Origin: Candidatus Micrarchaeota archaeon | GTDB lineage: Archaea; Micrarchaeota; Micrarchaeia; Micrarchaeales; CABMGC01 | NCBI GenBank assembly: GCA_021848065.1 | Contig: JAJZNA010000010.1 | Span: 34,586-98,585 of the forward strand | DNA length: 64,000 bases | Reading direction: 5' to 3' | In this document: piece by piece, positions 52,883 through 62,953 of the stretch | How positions within the stretch are numbered: the stretch's first letter is position 1 | How the letters are laid out: the number at the start of each line of letters is the position of its first letter | Translations under genes and position numbers: made by a program | Notes under the pieces: generated by a model | Told to the model about the DNA's origin: nothing | The model's input: the letters and a program-made list of their open reading frames with translations, nothing else | The model's database searches: none

Positions 52883-53975
52883 GGAAGAACCTTTTCAGTA
52901 TGAGGCTTGGCCTGTCCATGTCCCCATACATTCCCAGGAACCTGTCTATACCAAAAGTGCGCATTACCTTAAGTGCGGCTCCCATGCTTCCCTGTCCCAT
53001 AGACCTGTATGTCTTGTTTATCATGGAATGCATCCACAGATCGGCTCCATGCCTTCTCCTGAACTCACGTTCATAGTCTGACAGCCTTCCTGCGCCTTCC
53101 AGATGCTTTGCAATCGCTTCAGCAGCCATTCCAGCGGCCTTGCCGCCGAAGATTATGCCTCCGCCCGTGGTTGGCTTAACCTGCCCTGCCGCATCCCCTA
53201 TAAGCACTACGCCATTGGCATCGTCAGCAATCCTTTTCCTCATGGCCATCGGTATCATGCATGCGCCTTCCGATAGCGGTTTGATCCCTCCAATAATATT
53301 GCTTACTTCCTTTTGCCTGATGAATGCGTCAAACGCCGCTCTTGCATTCCCCAATGTTGATTCTATGCCTACTCCAACTTCCAAAACATCATGTTCGTTC
53401 GGGGCAAGCCACGCAAAGAGCCCCTTATACCTGCTGTTATCGAAGAACAGGTCCACCATTTTAGGATCCGGGGCTCTGACCTCATACTCTGCCTTGTAAG
53501 TAAGTACAAACCTATCCATGCTACCCATGCCGAACGCACTTGCCACTGTGGATACTGCCCCGTCAGCTCCCACTATCACCCCATGCCCTTGGAGCCCCGT
53601 AAGAAAGGACGAATCTATCCTCTTTCCTGTTATAACCTCGGCCCCTTCCCCTGCCGCCTCGTCAAAGCATATATCATTAAGCTTCTGCCTTTCGAGTATG
53701 TGTGCCACAGGGGTTTTGGAGACAACGCTCATGGTCTCGTTCCCACAGTGTATGTTTGCACCATAAAGCGTGTTCGTTATGCTGCTCTCGTACTTCAGGT
53801 CGAGTTCGGACAGGCCGCTTATGGACAGTATTCCAGATGCCCTGACAGGCAAGCCCAGAACCCGTTTCTGGTCATACACTGTCGTGCGTACGCCTCTCGC
53901 AGCTAGCCTTTTGGCCGCAATCAGCCCTGCCGTCGCTGCTCCTACTACATATGCGTGGTTACCCAAATAAAACAC
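52866..53975 (-). CDS. geranylgeranyl reductase family FAD-dependent oxidoreductase (archaeal lipid saturation)
   Basis: 369 aa. N-terminal dinucleotide fold is YVVGAATAGLIAAKRLAARG. Also GADGAVS and LIGDAAGQVKPTTGGGI. Confidence 0.8.
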   Translation of the reverse strand: MFYLGNHAYVVGAATAGLIAAKRLAARGVRTTVYDQKRVLGLPVRASGILSISGLSELDLKYESSITNTLYGANIHCGNETMSVVSKTPVAHILERQKLNDICFDEAAGEGAEVITGKRIDSSFLTGLQGHGVIVGADGAVSTVASAFGMGSMDRFVLTYKAEYEVRAPDPKMVDLFFDNSRYKGLFAWLAPNEHDVLEVGVGIESTLGNARAAFDAFIRQKEVSNIIGGIKPLSEGACMIPMAMRKRIADDANGVVLIGDAAGQVKPTTGGGIIFGGKAAGMAAEAIAKHLEGAGRLSDYEREFRRRHGADLWMHSMINKTYRSMGQGSMGAALKVMRTFGIDRFLGMYGDMDRPSLILKRFFLRNLA

Positions 53976-54044
53976 AACTTTATAATAACCTTGCCTGACA
54001 ATATCCTACCTGTCAAATACTATATTACTTTTGGTATTGGTTAA

Positions 54045-57000
54045 ATGTCTCTTTTAATATCCCTCTTAATAGGATTGATATCAATAATCCTGCCAGGGTT
54101 CTTCCTTGCGCTCGCTCTGCTCAAGAAGACCGGAATGCCCATGTTCGAGATAGCTGTGATAGGCTTCATCTTCGGGCTTATATTTCCACCCACGATGATC
54201 TGGCTTGAGTCTTTCCTGATACCTTACATACACGCATTCACATTTTCCAATGCCCTGTACAATGCCAACGTGCTTGTACTTACTATAATAGGCATAATAC
54301 TCTCAATACAGCAGGGAGCCATATCCATAAACTCACTATCTTCGCTAAAGCTTGGGCCCACTGGCACTAGGGCGCAGATAAAGAGGGACATGGAGAAGGA
54401 CTACAGGAAGCGTGTAGCCAACATAAGGCGCACTCTCGCAGAGCTTAACGCCGACATGAGGATAGTGCGCGAGCACGAGAGGCAGGAGGAGGAGATGGTC
54501 AGCATGCACCGCGAGGAGCTGCAGTCCATGTCCGGTGTGGGCGAGGAAGAGAGGAAGAAGATAGCCGAAGTGCACATGGGGCAGGAGGAGAGGCTCTTCG
54601 AGGAACATGAGCAGGAGGAACGTATGCTGATACAGGGTACGGGCCCTGCGCCGCCATCACAGAAGCCTTTCCAGCTAAGCTATGTCTGGGTAATACTTCT
54701 TGTTCTCATGGTCATAGCTTTCGGCACAAGGATGCTTAGTATAGTGTCATCTCCAACCTACTTCGAATTCGACCCGTATTACGACATGATAAGCACCCAA
54801 TACATACTCACATACGGATATCAGCTGCTTTACGATCATGCCGCATGGCCGTCCCTAATAAACGGAACCATTCACAGGCTGCAGCCACTCATACCTTATT
54901 TGGAGGCCTACTGGTATAATCTGGCAGCTCCAGCAGCAACGGCCGCAAATACGACTCTGTCAGGCACTTCTGCAGGACTTTCAAGCCCCAACACCACGCT
55001 TTTATCCCTAGTCAGCGGATACTATCCGCCCATATCTGCCGCGTTACTGGTATTCGTGGTCTTCATGTTCCTGTACCATGAATATGGCGAATTTGAAGGC
55101 CTAATCGGCGCAGGTCTGGCCACAGTCATGCCGCTCTTGATCACTACTTTCATAGCGGGTGAGCAACTGCTCGAACCGTGGGGCATATTTGCATTATTTT
55201 TCTTCTATGCAGCGTACCTGCTCGCAGCAAAATATCCAGACGAGCCCAGATACGCAATACTTGCAGGAATAGCGTTTGCATCAAACTTCCTAGGCGCACA
55301 CTACTATACCGTGACTGCCGGAATCCTATCCGGATACATAATACTGCAGGGAATCATAAACATCTTCAGGGGCAATGACAATAAGTCCTTCTACAAGATG
55401 AACGCGATAGTGATAGCGGTCATAGTCATATTCTTCATATTCTATAATGCATATTCAGCGACGCTTACGGAAAGGACTCCAGGAATACTTGGAATACCAA
55501 TAATCATAGGGTTCCCCCTCTTTTCGCTAATAGGCATATTCGTTGCAGACATCCTGGTCAGGAGACTCTCACAGAGGCCTGACGTCATACGCATAAACTC
55601 CGGAGATACGGCAAGATACGCATTTCTTGCCATATTTGCGCTGTTCCTGATAGTCGTAACTGCAATACTGTATTCCATAGTGGGTTACCTGATATTCGTA
55701 ATTCCGATAATAATGCTTGAGGCCGTGGCATATCCGATCATAGCGCGCCAGGTATTGCGCAAAGGCTCTGCTAAGAGCACCGCCGCCCTCATGTTCAGCG
55801 TGGAGGCCATAATGGTTCTTGCAGCGATCGCGATGGTTGTGGTCTTGCTCACCCCTCTCGGAAAGTCTGTATTCGCATACATACAGCTGAGCAAGAAGTT
55901 CACAACCCCTTCATCTCCCCTCTTCATGACGGTACAGGAGTATGCGCCTACTGGCATAAACTATGACTTCGGATCCGGAGGTTTCGGCCTCATCGGTTCT
56001 AGCATAGGCGGCATAAGCCTGATAGTCTGGGCCGTACTTATTGCATTTTCAGTGTTGGTAATACTCGCCATTTACAGCAGGGATTCCAAGGCCAGCGTTC
56101 TAGCATTCGCAGCCGTATGGTCCGTAGCAGTCGCCGGCATGATAGAGGTCAAGTATCTGCCGCACTTCGGTGTCGCATACATAATCGCTATAGGCGCCGT
56201 GTTCGGGGAGCTTTCCATACTTTATTCAAATAGGCATTCCGACAAAAATTCAGAACTGATCAAAAAAGTACTGTTCTATGCAGGCATAGTAATAGTGATA
56301 CTAGCTGCAATACCAACTGGTTTCCAGCTTCTCAGCGCTGCATCCAATCCAAACTGCAACACGATGGGCAACAACCAGCTCGGCGCCGTACTGTACTGCA
56401 ACCAGGTTCCTCAGTATTGGCTGCAGGCAACTGACTGGATGAAGTCAAATGTCGGCCCTTATGGCCCTAGGATACTTGCATGGTGGGACTATGGAGACTG
56501 GATAAACTGGTTTGGAAACAGCAATGCTGTGATAAGGGGAGACAATTCCGTCCCGCAGACCGACTACAATGTAGCTGCCCATTACGTTCTTACGAGCCGC
56601 GACGGCATCAATACCACCAGCACGCAGAAATTCATGGACTCCGTCCAGGCAAAGTACATCCTGTTCGATTCCCAACTCGTGCCTAAGTGGGGTGCGCTGG
56701 ACTTTCTCGCCTGCGTCGACATCAACCAGACGAGCGACTCTTATGCAGCGTCGCAGGGTGCGCAGTTCGGACTGCCATATGCCCTTGGCACATCTGCATG
56801 TGAACTCAGGCACGACCCGGCATACCTGTACATACCTATAAGCCAGAACATAAACAACTACTGCACGCTCCCAGGCAACTCATCAAACGTATACCTTCAC
56901 GGATTCGTGGTAGTGGGTTCTAGCCCTATAAACACAACATACTGCGTCTCAATATCTGCAATAAACAGCGGCAAGCCTGCATACCTCCTGTACTCCAACG

Positions 57001-57338
57001 GCACCAAGTCGAATGCGATAATGGCTCCCGCCTTCTACTCAGCAACCAGTGTACAGGGACAACCGTTCATAACCTTCCTGTTGCTATACGCACCGAATGC
57101 AAACGGCACCATAACCAATGCGCCTTCGGACTTCTACAACTCCACATACTACAAGGGATTCTTCCTGGGCAAGCTGCCAGGATTCACGCAGGTCTATCCG
57201 GCCAACTTCACTGGAATAAACTTCGTGAACTCGACCAACAACATCGTTATATACCAGTCCAACAACTTCACAGGCACGCTGCCTGTAGTAACCCAGAAGC
57301 CAAGCTACGTGCACAACAACTATACAATGCCAGGCTAA
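54045..57338 (+). CDS. aglB: archaeal oligosaccharyltransferase AglB (STT3 family) with an extra N-terminal 3-TM plus charged coiled-coil module
   Basis: 1097 aa. WWDYGDW motif (AWWDYGDWINW). EL1 motif is EFDPYYDM. More than 13 TM helices. Residues about 105-205 are E/R/K-rich (EHERQEEEMVSMHREELQ...EEHEQEERM). Confidence 0.85.
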   Translation: MSLLISLLIGLISIILPGFFLALALLKKTGMPMFEIAVIGFIFGLIFPPTMIWLESFLIPYIHAFTFSNALYNANVLVLTIIGIILSIQQGAISINSLSSLKLGPTGTRAQIKRDMEKDYRKRVANIRRTLAELNADMRIVREHERQEEEMVSMHREELQSMSGVGEEERKKIAEVHMGQEERLFEEHEQEERMLIQGTGPAPPSQKPFQLSYVWVILLVLMVIAFGTRMLSIVSSPTYFEFDPYYDMISTQYILTYGYQLLYDHAAWPSLINGTIHRLQPLIPYLEAYWYNLAAPAATAANTTLSGTSAGLSSPNTTLLSLVSGYYPPISAALLVFVVFMFLYHEYGEFEGLIGAGLATVMPLLITTFIAGEQLLEPWGIFALFFFYAAYLLAAKYPDEPRYAILAGIAFASNFLGAHYYTVTAGILSGYIILQGIINIFRGNDNKSFYKMNAIVIAVIVIFFIFYNAYSATLTERTPGILGIPIIIGFPLFSLIGIFVADILVRRLSQRPDVIRINSGDTARYAFLAIFALFLIVVTAILYSIVGYLIFVIPIIMLEAVAYPIIARQVLRKGSAKSTAALMFSVEAIMVLAAIAMVVVLLTPLGKSVFAYIQLSKKFTTPSSPLFMTVQEYAPTGINYDFGSGGFGLIGSSIGGISLIVWAVLIAFSVLVILAIYSRDSKASVLAFAAVWSVAVAGMIEVKYLPHFGVAYIIAIGAVFGELSILYSNRHSDKNSELIKKVLFYAGIVIVILAAIPTGFQLLSAASNPNCNTMGNNQLGAVLYCNQVPQYWLQATDWMKSNVGPYGPRILAWWDYGDWINWFGNSNAVIRGDNSVPQTDYNVAAHYVLTSRDGINTTSTQKFMDSVQAKYILFDSQLVPKWGALDFLACVDINQTSDSYAASQGAQFGLPYALGTSACELRHDPAYLYIPISQNINNYCTLPGNSSNVYLHGFVVVGSSPINTTYCVSISAINSGKPAYLLYSNGTKSNAIMAPAFYSATSVQGQPFITFLLLYAPNANGTITNAPSDFYNSTYYKGFFLGKLPGFTQVYPANFTGINFVNSTNNIVIYQSNNFTGTLPVVTQKPSYVHNNYTMPG

Positions 57339-57366
57339 AGCCAGGCATCCAAAACCGGCATGCCAT

Positions 57367-58518
57367 ATGAAATTGATCCTTCTCCAACCGTACCTTAACC
57401 TCAGGGGCGGTGTGGAGCGTGTCATACTTAAGGTCGCACAGCACTACGATGCCCCAGTATATACTCTGGAGTACAACAAGGCCAATACCTTCGAAGAGTT
57501 CAGCGACGTGAATGTGCAGATAATAGGCAAGGATGTTCCGCTCGCAGATAAGCTCCCTTACCGCGCGTCGCAGGGGCTCAGGTATGGGTACAATTTCTAC
57601 AACCTGAAGGTAAAGGAGGATTACGATGTACTGAACCCGCACATATCCCCAAGTGAGTGGATAAGGCACAAGAACGAGAGGGTCATGTGGTACTGCCATA
57701 CGCCTCCACGCGAGGTATACGACCTCTACGAGACCAGGATGCAGAACAGGTCGTACAAGCAGAAGCTCCTATATGCTGCACTGGTAGGAACATACAAGCT
57801 CATGTCCAGGGGAATAACAAAGAAGATAGAGCGCATAGCAACCAACTCAAAGACCACGCAGGAACGCATAATGAAGTATTACGGAAGAGACGCTACCGTC
57901 ATCAATCCTGGAATAGATGTGAATGAGTTCGAAAACAACGGGGACTCTAAATACTTCTTCTATCCATCGCGCATAGTGGTTAACAAGAGGCAGGACTATG
58001 TTATAAGCGCATTCAGCCAGTTCGTAAAGAAGTCCAAGAATTCAAAGTACAAATTGATAATAGCTGGAACTCTCTCAAAGGATCCAGAACACCAGAAGTA
58101 CTTCGAGAAGCTCAAGGCCATGTCAAAGGGCCTGAACGTAGTATTCGACACCAACGTAGATGACGGCAGGCTCAAGGAGCTGTACTCTAAGTCTACCGCA
58201 GTGATGTTCGCAGCTATAAACGAAGACTATGGCTTCGTGCCCATAGAGGCTATGGCTAGCGCCAAGCCCATAATATCTGTGAATGAAGGCGGACCTAGGG
58301 AGACCATAGCCAATGGAAAGACAGGCTTCCTGGTCTCATCCCCATCCAATATGGCAGAGAGAATGCTGCAGTTAGTGGATGATGAATCTGCTGCAGATGC
58401 CATGGGGAAGGCCGGGAGGGACCTGGTCAAGAAGAAATACTCCTGGGAGGCCTTCTTCAAGAAGATGGATCCTGTGCTAAGGTCAGTTGCCACTTCCGAT
58501 TCAGGTAACGCAGAATGA
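57367..58518 (+). CDS. glycosyltransferase family 4 (GT-B, Glycos_transf_1)
   Basis: 383 aa. EDYGFVPIEAMASAKPIISVNEGGPRETI..GKTGFLV is the E-x7-E region. Confidence 0.85.
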   Translation: MKLILLQPYLNLRGGVERVILKVAQHYDAPVYTLEYNKANTFEEFSDVNVQIIGKDVPLADKLPYRASQGLRYGYNFYNLKVKEDYDVLNPHISPSEWIRHKNERVMWYCHTPPREVYDLYETRMQNRSYKQKLLYAALVGTYKLMSRGITKKIERIATNSKTTQERIMKYYGRDATVINPGIDVNEFENNGDSKYFFYPSRIVVNKRQDYVISAFSQFVKKSKNSKYKLIIAGTLSKDPEHQKYFEKLKAMSKGLNVVFDTNVDDGRLKELYSKSTAVMFAAINEDYGFVPIEAMASAKPIISVNEGGPRETIANGKTGFLVSSPSNMAERMLQLVDDESAADAMGKAGRDLVKKKYSWEAFFKKMDPVLRSVATSDSGNAE

Positions 58519-58531
58519 GTTGCATACTGGC

Positions 58532-58963
58532 CTAATACGACTCCATCATCTTCTTGAGCATGGAGCTCTTGAACTTCATGTGCTTGAAAGGCTTTATCCT
58601 CACGATCCTTGCATTCAGGCCGTTTTCATCCAGGAACCTTTTAAGGTAGCCCATATCCACCTTCTGGTCATATCCGAGCGCTATGACATCAGGCCTGAAC
58701 TTAAGAAGCGTCTTGTATATGTCGTTCCATTTCCTTATCCTTCCCCCAAGCACCGCCTTCCATACAAATCTTAGCGAGCCCACTATCTCCACTCTGGATC
58801 TTTCATCCATGAGTGGCGTCTTGCCCTTCAGCATCTCCATGCTCCTGTCCCTTGCCACTACTACTATGAGCTGTCCGTACCTGCTGGCCCCTTTAAGGTA
58901 GCGTATGTGCCCAGGGTGGATCACGTCAAAGGACCCAAAAGCCAATACTGTGCGCCTGCTCAT
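58532..58963 (-). CDS. ribL: archaeal FAD synthetase RibL-like cytidylyltransferase-fold protein
   Basis: 143 aa from ATG 58963. VLAFGSFDVIHPGHIRYL and IVVVARD..KGK.P are close in pattern to MJ1179-type RibL. Confidence 0.7.
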   Translation of the reverse strand: MSRRTVLAFGSFDVIHPGHIRYLKGASRYGQLIVVVARDRSMEMLKGKTPLMDERSRVEIVGSLRFVWKAVLGGRIRKWNDIYKTLLKFRPDVIALGYDQKVDMGYLKRFLDENGLNARIVRIKPFKHMKFKSSMLKKMMESY

Positions 58964-59152
58964 ATTCCCACACAAGAGAATATCCACAAATAGGGTTAAA
59001 TATCACACTAGTTTGGCATTTTTTAAAGGCGTTCAGCTAATTTTGGCTGCTTCCAATTCTTGCCCCCCATATCCACATCGCTAGTACAAAGCCAAGACAA
59101 TGGAAAAATATATAAATGCATAGCGTTTAATATAATTAATTAAAATTAATTA

Positions 59153-60286
59153 ATGATATTAATGCCAAACCCTTATGACCCCCAAGGTCCAGCGAGGCCA
59201 GAGTACTTTGGTGGTAGAAAAGCAGTACTTGCAAGCATAGCTGAACGGATATCAATAGCTAGGCAACATAAAAAATCCGGAGGAATTCTAATATATGGTC
59301 ACAGGGGCGTTGGAAAGACATCCTTGATAGATAAAGCTATAAGCGAAGTCTCAGGAACTGAAGACAGTCCCTCTGACATATTGGTTATAAGCAGAAGGCT
59401 TGCGCGCACAACAAATGACCAAGAACTGTACCAGATGTTGAATGAAGGATTACGTCAGCAAGTAGCGAACAGGAAAAATTTTTTGGATAGGATACGCACT
59501 GCGGCAAGAAGCGTAAGTGGCATTGCAGCATTTGAATTAAGCATAAGTTTTTCAGAAAATAAGGAAGAAAAAACACCATATAGTCAATGGCGAGAGCTTG
59601 TCGAATCTTTAATGAATGTTGGGATAATCCTTATCACAATAGATGACGCCGATTTTCTTTCCCGTGAAGCCATAGGTGAACTTAAGACTATTGTGGAAGA
59701 ACTTTCTAGCACACCCATCATTTTAATAATCAGCGGCTTTATTGGATTTGAAGAGAAGTTGGTTGACGAATATTCTCCAGTAGCACGAATATTCTCAGGA
59801 GCAGATTTTAACATAGGTAAATTTTCATTAGAAGAAGTTAAAGAAGTTTTGTTAAAGCCTCTGGTCAACGAAAAGACAAGCTGGACTGAAAACGCAATTA
59901 CATTAGTACAAAAAGTCACAAGCGGTTATCCCTATCTCGTTCAATGTATTGCATCTGCAAGTTACATAGAAAATGAAACCATAGGCGAAAATAGGGTTAA
60001 AGATAAAATAAATCCAGCGGTGGCCATTGGCAGAAGCTGGCTCGAGCATGAAATTCCAGATGCATCGGATCAGGATGTCATTTCCTTTGCCAGGATCGCA
60101 AGCTTAGACAAAGATATGTTACAGAGCACTGAAATAAGCAGGGTGGGCGTGTCCCCTCCCTATATAGGCAGACTTGTAAGATTAGGTGTATTGAAAAAAG
60201 TTAGGCATGGTAGATATTCGTTGGAAAAGTCACCCATGATTGCTACTTTTGAGCTTTTAAAAAGAGGTTTATCTCTAAGCGATTGA
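59153..60286 (+). CDS. AAA+/STAND-like ATPase (archaeal ATPase PF01637-like) with C-terminal winged helix
   Basis: 377 aa. EYFGGRKAVLASI then Walker A IYGHRGVGKTSL. Walker B is ILITIDDADFL. C-terminal PPYIGRLVRLGVLKKVRHGRYSL is wHTH-like. The gene looks visibly AT-richer than its neighbours. Confidence 0.6.
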   Translation: MILMPNPYDPQGPARPEYFGGRKAVLASIAERISIARQHKKSGGILIYGHRGVGKTSLIDKAISEVSGTEDSPSDILVISRRLARTTNDQELYQMLNEGLRQQVANRKNFLDRIRTAARSVSGIAAFELSISFSENKEEKTPYSQWRELVESLMNVGIILITIDDADFLSREAIGELKTIVEELSSTPIILIISGFIGFEEKLVDEYSPVARIFSGADFNIGKFSLEEVKEVLLKPLVNEKTSWTENAITLVQKVTSGYPYLVQCIASASYIENETIGENRVKDKINPAVAIGRSWLEHEIPDASDQDVISFARIASLDKDMLQSTEISRVGVSPPYIGRLVRLGVLKKVRHGRYSLEKSPMIATFELLKRGLSLSD

Positions 60287-60440
60287 TTTGATCAGATGGC
60301 ATGCTCTAACCACTTCTGGATCAAAGCCGCTCACACAGAAACATATAAAAAGTTTGCTTGCGTATAATAATTACAGTTATCATCACATAGTAGTCAATTC
60401 ACGTAACATACTCATAATCTATTTGTAAATGTTAAACCAA

Positions 60441-60445
60441 AGGTG
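60441..60445 (+). promoter_or_regulatory. Shine-Dalgarno-like AGGTG upstream of the thermosome gene
   Basis: AGGTG lies 6 nt upstream of ATG 60452. The same element precedes rps2 (44770) and rpl18e (42742). Confidence 0.5.
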
Positions 60446-60451
60446 TAAAAT

Positions 60452-62113
60452 ATGGCAGAAAATCAATTAGGAGGACAACAGTACATGGTATTGCCTGAAG
60501 GTGCAAGCAGGCTTCTTGGTAAGGAAGCACAAAGAACTAACATCGCAGTTGGGTACGCTGTGGCAAGCATAGTAAAGACCACTCTTGGTCCAAAGGGAAT
60601 GGACAAGATGCTGGTAAGCGAACTCGGTGACATAATAATAACCAACGACGGTGCGACTATACTCGAAGAGATGAACGTTGAGCACCCAGTAGCAAAGATT
60701 CTAGTGGAAGTCGCCAAGACGCAGGATAAGGAAGTTGGGGACGGAACGACATCTGCAGTAATTCTTGCAGGCGACCTTCTGAAGGCCGCAGGCCAGCTCC
60801 TCGATCAGGGCATACCTCCTGCAGCAATAATAAGGGGCTATGAGATAGCCAGGGAGAAGGCTTCAGCAGCACTGAAGGCCGCTTCAAGCGACATCTCGAT
60901 ATCCGACGATGATAAGCTCGCCAGGATAGCCACAATATCTGTGGGCTCCAAGAACATAGGCAGCGATGTGACAAAGAAGTACCTCACAAAGCTCGCAATA
61001 CAGGCAATAAAGCAGGTGGCTACCAAGCACGATGGCAAGGTCATGATAGATAAGGACTTCATAAAGTTGGAGAAGAAGGAAGGCGGAAGCATAGAGGACA
61101 CGCAGTTCATAAACGGCGTGCTCATAGACAAGGAGATAGCCCATCCAGGCATGCCGAAGTCTGTGAAGGATGCCAGGATAGCGCTCCTCGATGTGGCTCT
61201 CGAGATAGAGAAGACCGAGACAGATGCAAAGATCGAGATAACCTCTCCAGAGCAGATGCAGGCATTCCTCAACCAGGAGGAGAACATGCTCAGGCAGATG
61301 GTCGAGAAGATAGCAAAATCAAAGGCAACCGTAGTCTTCGTACAGAAGGGCATAGACGATGTCGCCCAGCACTTCCTCTCCAAGCAGGGCATAACTGCTG
61401 TAAGGAGGGTAAAGAAGAGCGACATGGAGAAGCTGTCAAAGGCAACCGGAGCAAGGATGGTTACGAGCCTGGACGACCTCACAGAGGAAGACCTTGGATT
61501 CGCAGGCATAGTTGAAGAAAGGAAGATCTCCGGAGAACAGATGGTGTTCGTTGAGAAGTGCAAGGACCCTAAGAGCGTATCAATATTCGTAAGGGGCGCA
61601 ACAAAGCAGGCCACTGACGAAGTCGAGAGGGCGCTCACTGACGTAATAGGTGCTCTCACAAGCGCCGTGGAGAACGGCAAGTACGTGACCGGAGGGGGAA
61701 GCACAGAAATTGAGATAGCAATGAAGCTCAGGGAATCCGCAACAGACATTGGCGGAAGGGAGCAGCTCGCAATACAGGCATTCGCAGACGCAATGGAGGT
61801 CATACCAAAGGCTCTTGCAGACAGTGCAGGCATGGACCCTATAGACACGCTGGTTCAGCTCAGGTCAAAGCACAAGGCTGACAACGGCAGGTCTTTCGGA
61901 ATCGATGTCTACAACAACAAGATTGCCGACATGGAAAGCCTCGGCGTAATAGAGCCGCTGAAGGTCAAGTCCCAGGCAATATCAAGCGCTACAGAAGCCA
62001 CAGTATCGATCCTAAGGATAGACGATATGATAAGCTCCAAGGGCAGCAAGGGCCCTGCCGGAGCCGGAGGCATGGGCGGAATGCCAGGGGGCATGGGCGG
62101 AATGGAGGACTGA
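60452..62113 (+). CDS. ths: thermosome subunit (group II chaperonin)
   Basis: 553 aa. [33 protein letters not shown] and a C-terminal [13 protein letters not shown] tail. Confidence 0.95.
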   Translation: MAENQLGGQQYMVLPEGASRLLGKEAQRTNIAVGYAVASIVKTTLGPKGMDKMLVSELGDIIITNDGATILEEMNVEHPVAKILVEVAKTQDKEVGDGTTSAVILAGDLLKAAGQLLDQGIPPAAIIRGYEIAREKASAALKAASSDISISDDDKLARIATISVGSKNIGSDVTKKYLTKLAIQAIKQVATKHDGKVMIDKDFIKLEKKEGGSIEDTQFINGVLIDKEIAHPGMPKSVKDARIALLDVALEIEKTETDAKIEITSPEQMQAFLNQEENMLRQMVEKIAKSKATVVFVQKGIDDVAQHFLSKQGITAVRRVKKSDMEKLSKATGARMVTSLDDLTEEDLGFAGIVEERKISGEQMVFVEKCKDPKSVSIFVRGATKQATDEVERALTDVIGALTSAVENGKYVTGGGSTEIEIAMKLRESATDIGGREQLAIQAFADAMEVIPKALADSAGMDPIDTLVQLRSKHKADNGRSFGIDVYNNKIADMESLGVIEPLKVKSQAISSATEATVSILRIDDMISSKGSKGPAGAGGMGGMPGGMGGMED

Positions 62114-62121
62114 TGTCCCCC

Positions 62122-62160
62122 ATTTTCCTTTCTTTTCCTTTCCTTATTTTTATTATTTCT
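62122..62160 (+). terminator. pyrimidine/oligo-T-rich tract after the thermosome gene (archaeal intrinsic terminator candidate)
   Basis: attttcctttcttttcctttccttatttttattatttc begins 9 nt after the stop codon. Confidence 0.5.
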
Positions 62161-62293
62161 AGTATTTTGGAACTTCAAACCGCATTTTCAGGAGTTTCAG
62201 GTTGAAAACACAAAGCTTTCCTAAGTTCTATCTGAGCGTCAGAACCCTCAAATCCCCAACGTTGCAAAAATATATGCAAAATCTTTATAGTAT

Positions 62294-62713
62294 CTAGGCA
62301 CTATTTTTACGCACTCTGTAAGATAGCATAAAGATCAAAATCAACAGAACCAGCATTGCTGCCCACGGTATGGTTGATAATATCGCATTTTTTTGCTTTT
62401 GCTGATCGAATTGACGATTTATATTTGTTAGATTATCACTGACATTAAATGAGTTGAGGGTACTTTGACCATATGTATTCAGGGCCGAAATTGCACATTG
62501 TCCTAAAAGGTTTCCTGCATCACTTTTGGTCAGGTTTACCAATTGCGAGATGTATGTGCTATTTGCTGCATGCATGAAGAAGCAGCTATGAAACCCATTG
62601 CCGCTATTGGAAACGCTGATATATGATGCATAAGCCATATATGTAACTAGCAGAATGCCTAATGCAGTACATATTCTGAGTATACGTACTGCCATCACAT
62701 TCCTATGCAGCAT
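62294..62713 (-). CDS. hypothetical small membrane protein (N- and C-terminal TM helices, Asn/Ser-rich ectodomain)
   Basis: 139 aa. TM helices are ILRICTALGILLVTYMAYA and IPWAAMLVLLILIFML. AT-rich with no homology recognised. Confidence 0.4.
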   Translation of the reverse strand: MLHRNVMAVRILRICTALGILLVTYMAYASYISVSNSGNGFHSCFFMHAANSTYISQLVNLTKSDAGNLLGQCAISALNTYGQSTLNSFNVSDNLTNINRQFDQQKQKNAILSTIPWAAMLVLLILIFMLSYRVRKNSA

Positions 62714-62953
62714 CAGAATAACCTTTTATTCTTTTTAGAATGAAAACTATAAAAATTAACCGATTTTTAAATAATAACCAAGATCTCCTATACCTATAAC
62801 AATGCCTCAAAACATCTCATACGTATGAAAGCACCTTATTATTCTATCAATCTGTTAATGGGTATTGGGATTAACTGGGCGCTTTCCGTATATTTCTAAC
62901 ATTATTTTAGTTTTGTCAATTCGTGATGCCCGATTATGGCAAATTATTAAACC

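Noticed and set aside
60289-60330. Inverted repeat TTGATC...GATCAA after the AAA+ ATPase gene, considered as a mobile-element terminal repeat
   Set aside because: The stem is only 6 bp, it is a single copy, and no matching repeat lies at the other end of the islet. It is more simply a transcript 3'-end hairpin.
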